Translations under genes and position numbers: made by a program
The notes under the pieces: generated by a model
Seen by the model: the letters and a program-made list of their open reading frames with translations, nothing else
Told to the model about the DNA's origin: nothing
Databases searched by the model: none
Assembly: GCA_946965045.2 (NCBI GenBank)
Contig: OX337230.1
Span: forward strand, 2,542,001 to 2,606,000
DNA from: Epithemia pelagica
Taxonomy: Eukaryota > Protista > Bacillariophyta
DNA: 64,000 nt
Direction of reading: 5' to 3'
In this document: positions 18,801 through 29,474 of the stretch, piece after piece
How the letters are laid out: each line of letters starts with the position of its first letter
Numbering within the stretch: the first letter of the stretch is position 1

Positions 18801-20308
18801 GTTTGGGTGGAGGCGACACCCAACAAGTAATCTTCGAAACTGGGCATATCTTCCAAGGCACGCATGTAGAGTTCGTAATAATTTTTGGGTGTCAACTTGA
18901 CGGAAATTCCCGTATTGGCCAAACTGGGCAAGGCGGCCGAGGCGGCTCCCGAGGCGGACGCGGCCGCCGCCGACGAATGGGGTGGAACTCCCAATTCTCC
19001 AGCCATGTAGGCCGCACGTTCCAAGACGGTGGGCAAATTGTTTTGGTCCATGGCTTGACGCATATAATAGGCATGTTCTTGGACCTTGCGTGTCGCATCG
19101 GTCAAGAGACGTTGCTGAATGGCTTGAGCGGGGGGAGTCGCGGTTGCGGCCATGCCATGGGCAAGCTGTGGTTGTCCGTGAGACAGAGACATGGGTGGCT
19201 GTTGTTGTTGGGGTTGAGCGGATGGAACTGACATGGTAGACCCATAGACCGATTGTGCTTGTGGTGGCTGCTGCTGCTGAGGAGGAGGAGGTTGTCCATA
19301 TCCAGGTGTGGTGGCGGCGGTGGCAATGGTACTGGCACCAATGGACTGATCACTGGAGGGAATCCGAGCTTGTGTGGTTTGAGGCGGTGGATACGGTGGT
19401 TGTTGCTGATGCTGTTGTTGCGGTGGTGGTGGTTGTTGCGCAGGAGGACGCACCATGGTTGGCTGCTGCTGCTGCTGCTGCGACGCAATGGGTGGAGGTA
19501 CCACCACCGTGGCGGGAGGTGGAGCGACTCCCCGCACCATGGTAGCACCTGCTGCCGCATGCGCTTGAGCGGAGCGAGCGGCATACCCACCACCGGATGC
19601 CATGGGTGCTGGTTGTGGTTGCCCCGGTTGTCGCGGTGGCGTCACAATGGTACCACCTCCTCCTCCATAGGAAGCGGGAGCCGTACGAGAAGGAGAGGCC
19701 ATGGTAGGAGTCGTTGCTGTCGAAGCGTACGCTTGAGCGGACCGAGCGGCATAGCCGCCTGCCATGGGTGCTGTTTGTTGCGGTTGTTGTTGTTGCTGCT
19801 GTGGTGGTGGCTGTTGCTGTGGTTGCCCATAGGGATTGTTCGACAGTACCGAAACCGAGGGTTGTCCAGAATTGTAGGTGGCATAGGCTTGTGCCGATCG
19901 ACTGGCATAGGATCCTGGAGCGGGAGCCGCCATGGGAGTAGGATTGGAAGGCGCAGCAGCATAGGATGGCGTCATTGTTGCGGCACCGGGTGGATTCGTA
20001 TTGTTGTTGTTCATTATCATCATTCCCGAGGCACCCAACGATGCTCCTCCCTGTGGCGGATACATGGAAGAGGGTGGTCCTGGTTGCGGTTGCTGGGGAT
20101 AATAGGGCATTCCTCCTCCAGGAACAGCAGCTGGCGGTGGCGGTGCCGCGGCATAGCCACCCGCATCCCCAATGGTACCACCCATGGGATTATTCTGGTT
20201 CATCCACGAACCACCGCCCACCGAGGACGAGGCCACGGACGATGACGAACCTCCTCCTCCCGGTGCTGTCGGAGGGGGCTGCGTCGGCCTGGGATAATTG
20301 GGATCCAT
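15827..20308 (-). CDS. VPS35: Vacuolar protein sorting 35 (retromer subunit), 1493 aa with long Q/P-rich N-terminus
   Basis: LTPKNYYELYM, YDCVQYCPRVLSRLYLQI, QNPIRGLFLRNYL, NFMEMNKLWVRLQH, RERERNDLRILVGTNLVRISQL, QAYLMDCLVQVFPDEYH and C-terminal ALECLQRSLKVADAC. Confidence 0.96.
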   Translation of the reverse strand: MDPNYPRPTQPPPTAPGGGGSSSSVASSSVGGGSWMNQNNPMGGTIGDAGGYAAAPPPPAAVPGGGMPYYPQQPQPGPPSSMYPPQGGASLGASGMMIMNNNNTNPPGAATMTPSYAAAPSNPTPMAAPAPGSYASRSAQAYATYNSGQPSVSVLSNNPYGQPQQQPPPQQQQQQPQQTAPMAGGYAARSAQAYASTATTPTMASPSRTAPASYGGGGGTIVTPPRQPGQPQPAPMASGGGYAARSAQAHAAAGATMVRGVAPPPATVVVPPPIASQQQQQQPTMVRPPAQQPPPPQQQHQQQPPYPPPQTTQARIPSSDQSIGASTIATAATTPGYGQPPPPQQQQPPQAQSVYGSTMSVPSAQPQQQQPPMSLSHGQPQLAHGMAATATPPAQAIQQRLLTDATRKVQEHAYYMRQAMDQNNLPTVLERAAYMAGELGVPPHSSAAAASASGAASAALPSLANTGISVKLTPKNYYELYMRALEDMPSFEDYLLGVASTQTAATTTGMDAAASAFGVPPPPPSLCYTMREIYDCVQYCPRVLSRLYLQISAGSALIRSGEVGPKWVLQDLIQAVKCEQNPIRGLFLRNYLLTVLRDKLPDDSSTATSSPVETAAQEQTDNGSTPNLLERGTVKDSYQFVMENFMEMNKLWVRLQHLPGDGNTKEIKKRRERERNDLRILVGTNLVRISQLEGVTSQIYGQAILPRVLDHIVTVGDPLSQAYLMDCLVQVFPDEYHIETLPILLNVCPRLRDKVNIRTILQGLMDRLANYLADEELLDESDTNQVKLTLARDSFGMFEECVQKVYNARGPKLTSKEVIRLQTALLQFSLKCYPGNMEQIARCMGACVAALQQANASYEAPTTPTAAPTTPAPMGPLDDVSVVELEKLLSIPLESLALRVLELNTYSQLIVFLPWANRRAVAQTMLQAVDKAGSPPKNLQEIHQLFCIIEPLTRSEMAARADPSPPPPPPQAPPPPPPTTETVPHSEPTARATELMAGLGVSVEPTPSSTEAPTTTPPTMMIPPKRILEFGDANFPQGPMTMEIEKECALVSKLVHLLNHENTDVVYEMLDMAREHFRRGGRLRASQTLVAVLFASLKLVRRIHGPTQPKDKENEQSFPDDKERTEVDAKATPSEDKDQTEKTEPPKDEGNDKEEKEEESKETKEEDGEDVKAAEPTEPQPVEEETKNEGVDDDTKQEGSPDEETAADNKTSQEETQPSSDEANKEEATLKAEEGPKEEEEAAKLVSARQVFVFIQETIVLLSKANAEVAVKLFLEAALTADNFAAGEESAIYAPVAFELLSQSFSAYEERMDGSNSNAQRRSVTSMIGALLTCKSLNESNYEGLITKTAQLSAKLVDKSDQCQMVAQCAHLFFPVSGRSSYSNPQKALECLQRSLKVADACTSTNASQVFLFVDLLEHYVFFLEHKNPSVSAAYVTGLAALVKEYLRNATDARAVSDARAQYLALLREIQRKKGLEPTAELFASVEVDTAGI

Positions 20309-21331
20309 CGTCTCGACAAATCAATCACTCCTTTTTTATCTTGTTCTGGTTCAGAGTTCTTGGACTCTCGGCAATTGCACTAGGTATTGGCGTTTGAAAT
20401 GGTTTGGGTCGTGTGAAAGATCCACTCGCTTCCCCTCTCTGTTTCCTTGGCCTTGGATGCCTTTTCACTCACTGTTACTCCAGAATTACGCAATCTCTCT
20501 CTTGCTTCCTTGGATATGATAGATTACAGAACAAAGCCCGACAAGGGAGTCTTTGGGTCTTCCTCTTTTAGCTTCTCCTCTGTCACGTTGCTCTTTGGAA
20601 GATTGGGAATCCAGCCGCACCACCCAAAAGATGCGTTGAGAGTTGAGAATGAGAAATCTACTACCGATCTGTTTACTTTCTCTGATCACTATTGTTCAAT
20701 TTGTAAAACCCAAGGTTAAAACGATGGAGTGTGCATGACCTAGGTCCCGTATCATTGTTGAATCACGAATAAAAAGAAAAACTACTACCTACCTCTATGC
20801 TACTCCTAGTTGTTGCTTGTCAACCCATATGGTGATGAGAGACAATACGGATATAGAAAGCTTGCAGGAGTTGTTCGAGTCACAAGATATAGGCATACAG
20901 AATCCCTTTCCACATGATCCTCGAGTACCTTTCAGAGTCAGAAAGAGAAATGGACAAAATCAAAAGGAATACATCAGCTTACGAACGTCTTCCACAACCA
21001 ATGCGTTTTCTCCACATACCCAAACAAGAAATGTTTCGCAAGTTTCCCTTACCGTCTGTTGGGTGATTCCCGACTCTCCACATGTGTTTCCCTTTTTGTT
21101 TGGCGTTGTGACGCAATTGGCATTGAAGCCTCTCTCAAACTGAATAGTGTCTGGTCCCCACCTTCCATGCGGCGGGAACAAGATTCTTCTACCCAGCCTC
21201 TACCCAAGACCTTGAGCAAGCGACTTGTTGTTGTTGTGTTCACCACCCATCTGCACGTTTGCTCAAAGGAATTGTCGCAAGGACAACAAAACATTTTGTC
21301 GGTGTCATTCTCAGCCTCGAATGCAGAAATA

Positions 21332-22885
21332 TTAATCATCATCTGCTCCCGATAGTGTTCGTTTGTTTTGTGGACCCCGCTTTTTCTTGTTCTTTTTAAA
21401 GGCCACCGTCGTTCCACTCTTGGCCAATTTCTTGCCCCATTCCGTCGCGCCAATCTTGGCTTCCGCATGAATGTTAATGCCCTTGTAATCGCTAATACCA
21501 CCACCATTGCTGCTGCTTTGCTGATCGTGATGGTAGGCACCCAAGGCGGAATCTTGCGCATTCATCGCCTTGACTTGTTCCATGCGTCGTATGGAATCTT
21601 GTTTGGCTTCTTGTTCCGCCGCTTGGATAGCGTCGCGACGAGCTTGACGCAATCGTTCCCGTTCTTGTCGCAACTCTTGCCGGACAGTCGTTCGTTTGAC
21701 ACTCACCGTCGACCAAGCGGACAACCCCGTAGATTCCTGCTCCTGCGATATCGTCGTCCCACTACCCTCATGCTCAGATGTTTGAGTCCTTACATGTACC
21801 GTTACTTGTTCTTCTTCGCCACCATTGGCCATGATGCGAGCCTCTTCGAGACTGGTGGGTCGTGGGTCGTCCTCCACATTGGCCGTAGTGGCATCCGCCA
21901 AGGCGATTCGAATACGTGGCAACGGCACAGATCGTTCCAAGGTTTCTTGATTGTCGCTCGATTCGAGCAAGTAGGCCACATCTACGACCCATCGCGTTTC
22001 GTGGCGGTCCTGGTCCCCCAACAATGATCCACCACCACGACCACGACGAACGGCCACCACCAATCCATCCAACCACAAGTAATGATATTGAATTCGACGC
22101 TGCTCTTCGGCACTGGCTACCTTGGATCCAGACCAAATTTGAATCGGCATGTCAGGTTCCAACAAATCGCCAAAGGTGACACCTTCCAAGTAGGTTGTAG
22201 TGGTTTGGGTAGGAGGAAGAGTCTCGGAGGAAGAGTCGGGTGACCTGGTCGATGATAGACCTGTCGTGACTGTGTAATATCCTTCCGCGTCACCAATCAC
22301 TCGTCGTTTTCCTGCTGTCCTTGCTGTATCGGAATCCGGGGCACCTAATGGCTGGTTGTGGTTGTGGTCGTCGTCCGATGCGCGACTCTTTTTTCGATTT
22401 TCCCACTCCTTCCTTTCTTGTTGTTTCAGTTTCCGTTTCGATGCCTCGGACGATGGATTGTTTGTACTAGCAAGAGCCGTATATCCGTGTTGAGGGAACA
22501 ATGGGACTCCACTGGGTGCCGAAGAGGCCATGGGAGGCATGGACGAAACGGCATGTCCTGCTGGGGTGGCATGGTCAGCGGATGCAGTGGGAAAATGTCC
22601 AATATCTTGAATATGCGATTGCAAGGCAACGGATTGTATGTTTTGTAGGTAGCCTTGTATTTTCTTGGCTTGTTGTTCTTCCTTGGCTCGATCCTGTCGT
22701 TTCTGTTGCAAGGCCAACTGTACATTTTCCTGGTGCTTTTTGCCATTTTCGTGCAGCAGGATCGATTGTCGATCCGATCCCATCCACACATTGCATACCG
22801 CGCAATAATGACGTTCACGATTCCTCCACGGTTCATTGCCGCCGGGATGTTTCTTGGTTCTCTGTCCGGCGATGCCTCTCATCAT
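21332..22885 (-). CDS. U1/matrin-type zinc-finger protein (WBP4/FBP21-like splicing factor)
   Basis: RHYCAVCNVWMGSDRQSILLHENGKKHQENV near the N-terminus and a VAFKK C-terminal motif. The likely start is ATG 22885 or 22882; the ORF-track extension to 23335 overlaps the opposite gene. Confidence 0.75.
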   Translation of the reverse strand: MMRGIAGQRTKKHPGGNEPWRNRERHYCAVCNVWMGSDRQSILLHENGKKHQENVQLALQQKRQDRAKEEQQAKKIQGYLQNIQSVALQSHIQDIGHFPTASADHATPAGHAVSSMPPMASSAPSGVPLFPQHGYTALASTNNPSSEASKRKLKQQERKEWENRKKSRASDDDHNHNQPLGAPDSDTARTAGKRRVIGDAEGYYTVTTGLSSTRSPDSSSETLPPTQTTTTYLEGVTFGDLLEPDMPIQIWSGSKVASAEEQRRIQYHYLWLDGLVVAVRRGRGGGSLLGDQDRHETRWVVDVAYLLESSDNQETLERSVPLPRIRIALADATTANVEDDPRPTSLEEARIMANGGEEEQVTVHVRTQTSEHEGSGTTISQEQESTGLSAWSTVSVKRTTVRQELRQERERLRQARRDAIQAAEQEAKQDSIRRMEQVKAMNAQDSALGAYHHDQQSSSNGGGISDYKGINIHAEAKIGATEWGKKLAKSGTTVAFKKNKKKRGPQNKRTLSGADDD

Positions 22886-23024
22886 TGCCAAAGTTGAAAG
22901 TGGGCGGAAGATGTCGTGCATGGAATACGCGACCCATATACTTCTAACGGTCGCTCTGGGTCGCGGAGGAGTGCAGGTGCGTATGCACGCGCAGGTGTCA
23001 TCATTCGACTTCGACGACGACGAG

Positions 23025-24197
23025 ATGAACGACATGGCAACCACCAAACCGTCAACGTCTAAGATCCTCTGCAACCCTTCTCTATCCACATTACTTGTAG
23101 TTTGGAGCTGCGGATCCCTTTTGTTGACCCGTTCCTTTTGCCCTTCGCCCATTCCCACGAGAACATTACGTTTTCCGTCATGGGGGACGACGGGTTTGGT
23201 GGTGGCTACCCATTCACTTCCACAGGACAATCTGGAGCAGGGTGAGGTGAATCGCACCCATGATGATGACATGGAACTGAGCGGTGACAACGTTCTGACT
23301 GATTGGGTCGTGGAAAACTTGGAAACATCGGACAATTTGGTGACACGGGCATCCGAAGCCCAAGCAGGAGAAAACGATACTCTTCCTGTTGCAGGCCTTC
23401 CAATTGCAGATTTTCTGATTCTGCCTGCGGGTGCCTCCAGTGCGACTAAAGCTGCTGATCACGGAGATTTCCCTTCGACAAGCTCAAACAACACATCCTC
23501 GTCAAACCAACGGAAGGAAATACGATTGTTGTTAGGTCGCTATGGATGGGGCACAGGTGTCCATCCAACGACTCGCTTGTGCCTAGAATGGATTGCAAAA
23601 ACAGTGAAAGGTGGTGAAGTCTTGTTGGACTATGGCTGTGGGAGCGGTATTTTGAGCATTGCCGCATTCCACTTGGGGGCGCACATGTGTCGAGGAGTCG
23701 ACATTGAAGCCGAAGCCTTGATCACTGCCACTCGGAATGTGCATCTCAACCACTTTGGAGAAAGTGAAGCCAGCAGCAACAGTAGTATCTCTGACCGATT
23801 GGAGACGCAATGGTACGCTCACCATACACGCGAGGTACTGCCGTATGGTTTTACCGATCCACCAGTCGACATTGTCTTGGCCAATATTCTCATTGGACAG
23901 CTCGTCCGTCCCTCAATGATTGCTGCCCTTACGTCCAATGTTCGTGATGGTGGGCTGCTATGCTTTTCGGGGATTCGTCCCGGGTCCGAGGTTGAATCTC
24001 TCATGGAGGCATACCGTCCGCACAATGTAGAGTTTTTGGAGTGTGACTATGAGGAATTGGCGGCAGTGGATTGCCAAGGCAGTTTAGAATCCTATGGCTT
24101 TGATTGTGGAACATGGGCTCGAGTAGTCGGACGAAAAAAGCCGCAACAAAGTCGACAGCAGGACGTTCTTGACATGAGTGAACTTGCCATTCAGTGA
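23025..24197 (+). CDS. prmA: PrmA-like (ribosomal protein L11) SAM-dependent methyltransferase, probably organelle-targeted
   Basis: GWGTGVHPTTRLCLEW, VLLDYGCGSGILSIAA, GVDIE, DIVLANIL, GGLLCFSGI; hydrophobic leader ending in TRSF-CP. Confidence 0.8.
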   Translation: MNDMATTKPSTSKILCNPSLSTLLVVWSCGSLLLTRSFCPSPIPTRTLRFPSWGTTGLVVATHSLPQDNLEQGEVNRTHDDDMELSGDNVLTDWVVENLETSDNLVTRASEAQAGENDTLPVAGLPIADFLILPAGASSATKAADHGDFPSTSSNNTSSSNQRKEIRLLLGRYGWGTGVHPTTRLCLEWIAKTVKGGEVLLDYGCGSGILSIAAFHLGAHMCRGVDIEAEALITATRNVHLNHFGESEASSNSSISDRLETQWYAHHTREVLPYGFTDPPVDIVLANILIGQLVRPSMIAALTSNVRDGGLLCFSGIRPGSEVESLMEAYRPHNVEFLECDYEELAAVDCQGSLESYGFDCGTWARVVGRKKPQQSRQQDVLDMSELAIQ

Positions 24198-25059
24198 ACG
24201 AAAAAAAGACACCCAGACGATTACGCTGACATTTCCTGGGTATATGTACCATAGACACAATTTCAAACCATTTCCGATGAAATAAACTTCCTCGAGGACC
24301 CTTACCGTCTGGAACTGCTTCCACCTAACAAATCATTTGGAGATCTTTGGACAAAACGCACAAGAAAACGTCTGTTCTTGATGCTAGCACCAGAGAATTG
24401 CCTCTACATCCTGTTGACCACAGTAAACAGGAATCGGTAGAAAAAGTTCAATATTATGTAGAACATTGGGGCACACCGTATGCTCGTTTTCTGGATTTTG
24501 CTCAACAGGAATAGAAAAGTTTTGCATCCAGATAGATGGGAGCGCACTCTGTGAATGCGACGAATGAAAGCGGCGACGTGTCTAGATAGAACGACTTATC
24601 CGCCTTATGTCTTACATCTGAATTCATTGTAACGAGTGTATACATAGATCAGGTGTCTTCAGAATCAACTTAAACCACTGATGCATCGTTGTGTTTCTAT
24701 GATTCCTCATCCGGAAGCAAGAGATTGCTCGTTTTGTGAGCGGAGGTACACCACCGGGCTCGTCTAACCTCCTCTTTATGGTGATATCAATGTATCGGCG
24801 ATTTCTCAACGGTCCACGGCTCTAAATAGCTTAAAGATACATAACAGTCACTTGCAAGACCAAAAATATTGGCACGTGTGATGACCAAATTTGCCCCGCG
24901 TACCTCCCTTCGGTTGCATCTTTCTTGACAATGAACTGATTGCTTCATTGTTGTCATTGAGTTCCGTGACCTCTTCTTTGTCCCTTGTATTTGCACCGAT
25001 CTCTCGAACTGAAAATGAAGGATACTGGGGCTTTGGAGGATCACAAGCTGCATGAAACC

Positions 25060-25365
25060 ATGTCAGCATCCGATGACGGAAAGGGTACTTTTTCCGACTT
25101 TATGTTGAACTGTGGTCAGAAGCGCAAGCAGTTGACAGAAGAAGCCATCAATCACAAAGATCAAATGATCAAGCTGCAAAATGAGATGAAGAAACTTCAA
25201 GACGAATTTACAAAACACGAACAAGGATTGAAAAGAAAAGAAGCAGAAATGAAAGGTTTGGACAAGGAAGAATTGGAAAAGCTTCAACAGCGTGCTGATG
25301 AACTGAAAAAGAAGACAACACCGATGAGCTGGAGTTTGTCTCCCAACCTTGGAAACTGGTCGTGA
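25060..25365 (+). CDS. Small coiled-coil hypothetical protein
   Basis: K/E/Q-rich heptad pattern (MIKLQNEMKKLQDEFTKHEQGLKRKEAEMK). No family recognised. Confidence 0.35.
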   Translation: MSASDDGKGTFSDFMLNCGQKRKQLTEEAINHKDQMIKLQNEMKKLQDEFTKHEQGLKRKEAEMKGLDKEELEKLQQRADELKKKTTPMSWSLSPNLGNWS

Positions 25366-25988
25366 GAGAGGTGACAAAGAAGTTGTGGCCTTTCCTTCTT
25401 GCCTTTTCGCTTTGATCGAGTTCTGGAGATCTATCCTACAAATACTAGAGTGAAGAAAGGGCTAAATGAGTTGTCTTATGTTCCTAAGAGTTTTGACAGA
25501 ATTAACAGTCCGTAGTCCGTTGACTCATAATGTATGTGGGCGTAGGCCCTAGTCCTACCAACGATAATCCACACCGAATTGAGCACAGATCCAGAGATTA
25601 TGCAGTTACCTTCAGTCAACCGCACATGAGAAGGTGGCTCTGTGTACGCGAAATTCAACCTAGATACAGCAAAGCGTACCTTAAACAAGAAAGTACCTTG
25701 GGCGGTGCTTCCTTCGCAGGCATGTGTGAATAAACGAAAAAGAAGTTGAGTTAATGATAAACTTCTTACAACTACTCCTTCATGCCACATGAGAGTGGAT
25801 AGTTTGGATCGTGAGACTCACTTCCCGGGATGGGAGAAAACCTTTTCAGTCACGAGTCTTTCATACCGCTTACCGCTTTACTAGTAGCTTTTTTGGCCCG
25901 ACGCCGACCCCATGAGTAACTGTGCGTATCGGGTTGTTGTCTCTTATCAACTCATTGTACCTACAGCTTCCAGAACAACAGCTCAACC

Positions 25989-26405
25989 ATGGTAAGTCTG
26001 AAATGAGAACTAATCGTCCGAAGCACGAAGGCAGTGGATTGGCGAACTGCAGTATCTTGGAAACCCCGGTCGACGTCCCAAAATTGTTTGTTCTATCATC
26101 TCACATACTTGTTGTTTCGTTATACTTTTTTGTAGACGAAAGGTACCACATCATTTGGACATCGCCACAACAAGTCTCACACAACTTGCAGGCGATGTGG
26201 AAAGGTTTCGTATCACATTCAAAAGAAACGGTGCGCATCATGCGGATACCCCAATCCGAAAATGCGTACTTTTAACTGGGCGCTCAAAGCCAGAGGTCTT
26301 CGAACGAATGGTACGGGACGTATGCGATACATGAAAACAATGACACGCCGATTTAAGAATGGATTCCGAGAAGGCACACAAGCAAAGAAGCAAATCGCAA
26401 AGTAA
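25989..26405 (+). CDS. RPL37: 60S ribosomal protein L37 (eL37); join(25989..25991,26136..26405)
   Basis: Missed by the ORF track. ATG|GTAAGT...TTTTGTAG|ACG gives [49 protein letters not shown]...[22 protein letters not shown], 90 aa. Confidence 0.97.
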
Positions 26406-26859
26406 ACATTGACCATTTACGCCTCCATCATACCTCCTATATTGAATATTCACATGATCATGATTCCAGGGATTGATTCATCTGGGAAATTTCGTTCCCC
26501 TCTAGTGTGACAATATGGAATAGATCCCATCGCCTTATCCTTTTCATGCATCGGAAATTTCTGGATGTAGAGTTATCTCCATTGTGGCCTTGGTACAGTT
26601 CTCTTTCCCTCTCGTGCTCGTGGTGTTCGCTTGTAGTTGTGAAAGTGGGGATGAGTCTTCCCTCATCCTATTCATATATCGGGATTCAACTTGCGAGGTT
26701 GTCGACGTTTAGGGGTATACTCCAGTTCTCTTCTTCCTCTCGTTCCTAGTCGCGGCGTTCGCTTCTACTCCTAGTTGGCAGAGGGAGAAGAGCCGATCTG
26801 TATCCTATGCAAGGGTCTGGAATTCCGGACACAAAAGTTGTCTACGTTATGGACTTACT

Positions 26860-29064
26860 CTAGCTCTCTTTTTCCTCTGGCTCTGGCTTCTTTCCCATCG
26901 TGGTCATCTCAATTGCTTCGTCTGCACAACGTTTAAGTTCTGTCAAGAGGTCTGAGACATCGAAGGAACCCAAATCACCTAGCTTGCGACTTCGGATCGC
27001 CAATGTATTGTCTTCCATTTCTTGAGCACCGACCACAGCCATGATAGGGATGCGTGCTTGTTCCGCATTACGAATTTGCTTAGCCAACCGTTCGTTGCCT
27101 CGATCTACTTCCACACGAAGTCCCATTTTGTTGGCACGCTTCGCAATGTCTCGACAGAAGTCAGCGGCTGCATCCGTCACAGGCAAGAGTCTAAGTTGTG
27201 TTGGCGCGAGCCAAAAGGGAAAGTCACCAGCACAATTCTCAATCAAGACTCCAAAGAAACGTTCAATGGAACCGAAGATGGCACGATGGACCATGATCGG
27301 CCGTTCGCGTCCACCTTCTGCCGACACGTATTCAAGATCGAATCGTTCGGGCAGATTGAAGTCACACTGGACGGTTGAACATTGCCACTGGCGACCAATG
27401 GCATCCCGAATCTTCAAATCGATCTTAGGACCATAAAATGCCCCACCTCCTTCGTCCACATCGTAGTCCCATCCCTTGGTTTCCAACGCACCCTGCAATG
27501 CCTTGGTGGCAGCATCCCAGATCTCGTCACCTCCCACTGACTTTTCAGGACGGGTAGACAACATGATATCATACCGATTGAATCCAAAGCGAGACAAGAT
27601 TGTTTCTATCAAGTCCAATACACCCACAATTTCGTCCTCGAGTTGATCTGGCAAACAAAAGATGTGGGCGTCGTCCTGGGTGAAGCCTCGGACGCGCATC
27701 AATCCATGCAACGTTCCAGAACGTTCATATCTGCAAACAAGGGTAAAATATCAGATTCACCCAAAGAGACGAGCAATGCATAATATCGCCAAAGCACCAC
27801 GCAATTGCTTGACGTACCTGTACACAGTACCCAATTCAGCCCATCGAAATGGCAGATCACGGTAAGATCTCAGCTGATCCTTATACATCAAAACATGGAA
27901 AGGACAATTCATAGGTTTCAACTGATACAGTTCGTCCTCAACTTTTATTGGATCAAACATGTCCGAACGATAAAAATCAAAGTGGCCAGAAGTTTTCCAC
28001 AAATCTAGATTGGCAATGTGTGGTGCGTAGACAATTTCGTAGTCTTGGGCCACATGCTCGTCTTTCCAGAAATCTTCAATGATGCGTCGAACTTTGGACC
28101 CCTTGGGATGCCAAAAAACCAAACCACCACCCGCATCTTCCTGTTGAATGGAAAACAAATCCAATTTTTGCCCCAACATGCGATGGTCACGCTTTTTGGC
28201 CTCTTCCAAGAGCACTTTGTACTGCTTGAGCTGTTCGGGGGATTTCCAGGCCGTGGCGTAAATCCGTTGCAACATTTCTCGCGTTTCATCGCCCCTCCAG
28301 TACGCCCCGGCCACAGACTGTAGGGCAACCGCTTTCTTGGGAAGCTTTCCCGTTGATTCCACGTGGGGACCAGCGCACAAATCCCACCATTCGTCTCCAA
28401 TGTGATAAATAGTAATGGGTTCCGTCTTGATGCTTTCCAAGATTTCCAGCTTGAACGGTTCTCCAATTTCTTTGATTCGACGTTCCGCCTCTTCTCGCGA
28501 CACCTCCTCACGAGTAATGGGATAGTTTTTCGATATTATCTTGTCCATAGCTTTCTTGACGCTCTTCAAATCTTGATCGGTGAGTTTGCGCCCTTCGACG
28601 GTCTCGCCCGTTTCAGGATCGGTGGTGTCGGGGAAATAAAAATCGTAGTAAAACCCATTGTCAATCCATGGCCCAATCGTCACTTGGGCCTCTGGGAAGA
28701 CTTGCTGCACTGCCATGGCCATAACGTGTGCCGAAGAGTGACGGATCTTGAGCAATTCTTCATCGTTGTCGTTGGTTGGCAATTCAGCCACGACGTTTTG
28801 CTCCTCTTGACTGGTTTGCTCCGTCGGAGCCTCAACCGTGGCCATCCAACGCTTTGTTGTGGTTCCAGAGGCAGTGGGAAACCAGGACGAAGATGCGATC
28901 ACAGATCCTGCAGATCGATGTGTGCCAAAAGCATGGTGACGAAGAGTTGATTGTATCCGATTTCGACTGGATGTTGTCAAAGCAAACCCTGTCACACGGC
29001 GGGTGGACGTCGCCAACAGGGAAAAGACCTTGATTGCCATTAATGCGTCAAAGGCAGCCACCAT
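26860..29064 (-). CDS. thrS: Threonine--tRNA ligase, organellar type; complement(join(26860..27730,27818..29064))
   Basis: IRHSSAHVMAMAV, DLCAGPHV, KRDHR, LKPMNCPFH, ELGTVYR|YERSGTLHGLMRVRGFTQDDAHIF, MVHRAIFGSIERF; one phase-2 GT-AG intron. Confidence 0.96.
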
Positions 29065-29474
29065 TGTTGGGGATCGGTTCCGTCTCTCTTGTAGCGATTT
29101 CCAAACAAATGGTTGATTCTGTTCACAGTCTCGACAGTCCAAACCTTTGTAAGTTCCACCTTTGATCTTCTTCTTGTGGGTTGGGTCCGATGACTGACGC
29201 AAATCTTGATGTACGTTTGTCCATCGTTCTTGCTCGTTCTTGTGGTGTCGAAGAATGCATGGGTCGCAGAAATATGTGCGACCTCATTTTCAGTCCCGAA
29301 TTGATATTGAGTCAACAGTTTTACTTTTTTAATTAAGGAACGGCGCGGCGTGCGTGCTGGAAGCATTTTGTCCGCTCTCGCCGAAACGTCAACAAAGCGA
29401 CCGATTCACGAACCAAACAACAGGTCTCGTCCTTCATTTCATAAACATAAAACGAAAGCGAAAGACACTTTAAC

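Noticed and set aside
16573-20397. Numerous long antisense/alternate-frame ORFs over VPS35 and other low-complexity genes
   Set aside because: Shadow ORFs caused by codon and repeat bias; no motifs.
22886-23335. N-terminal extensions of track ORFs 21332..23335 and 22836..24197
   Set aside because: They overlap each other head-to-head; family motifs start only after ATG 22885 and 23025.
25500-25705. Minus-strand spliced gene starting MPAKEAPPK, or a snoRNA host
   Set aside because: The splice combinations tried give early stops or implausibly short introns; no convincing C/D boxes.
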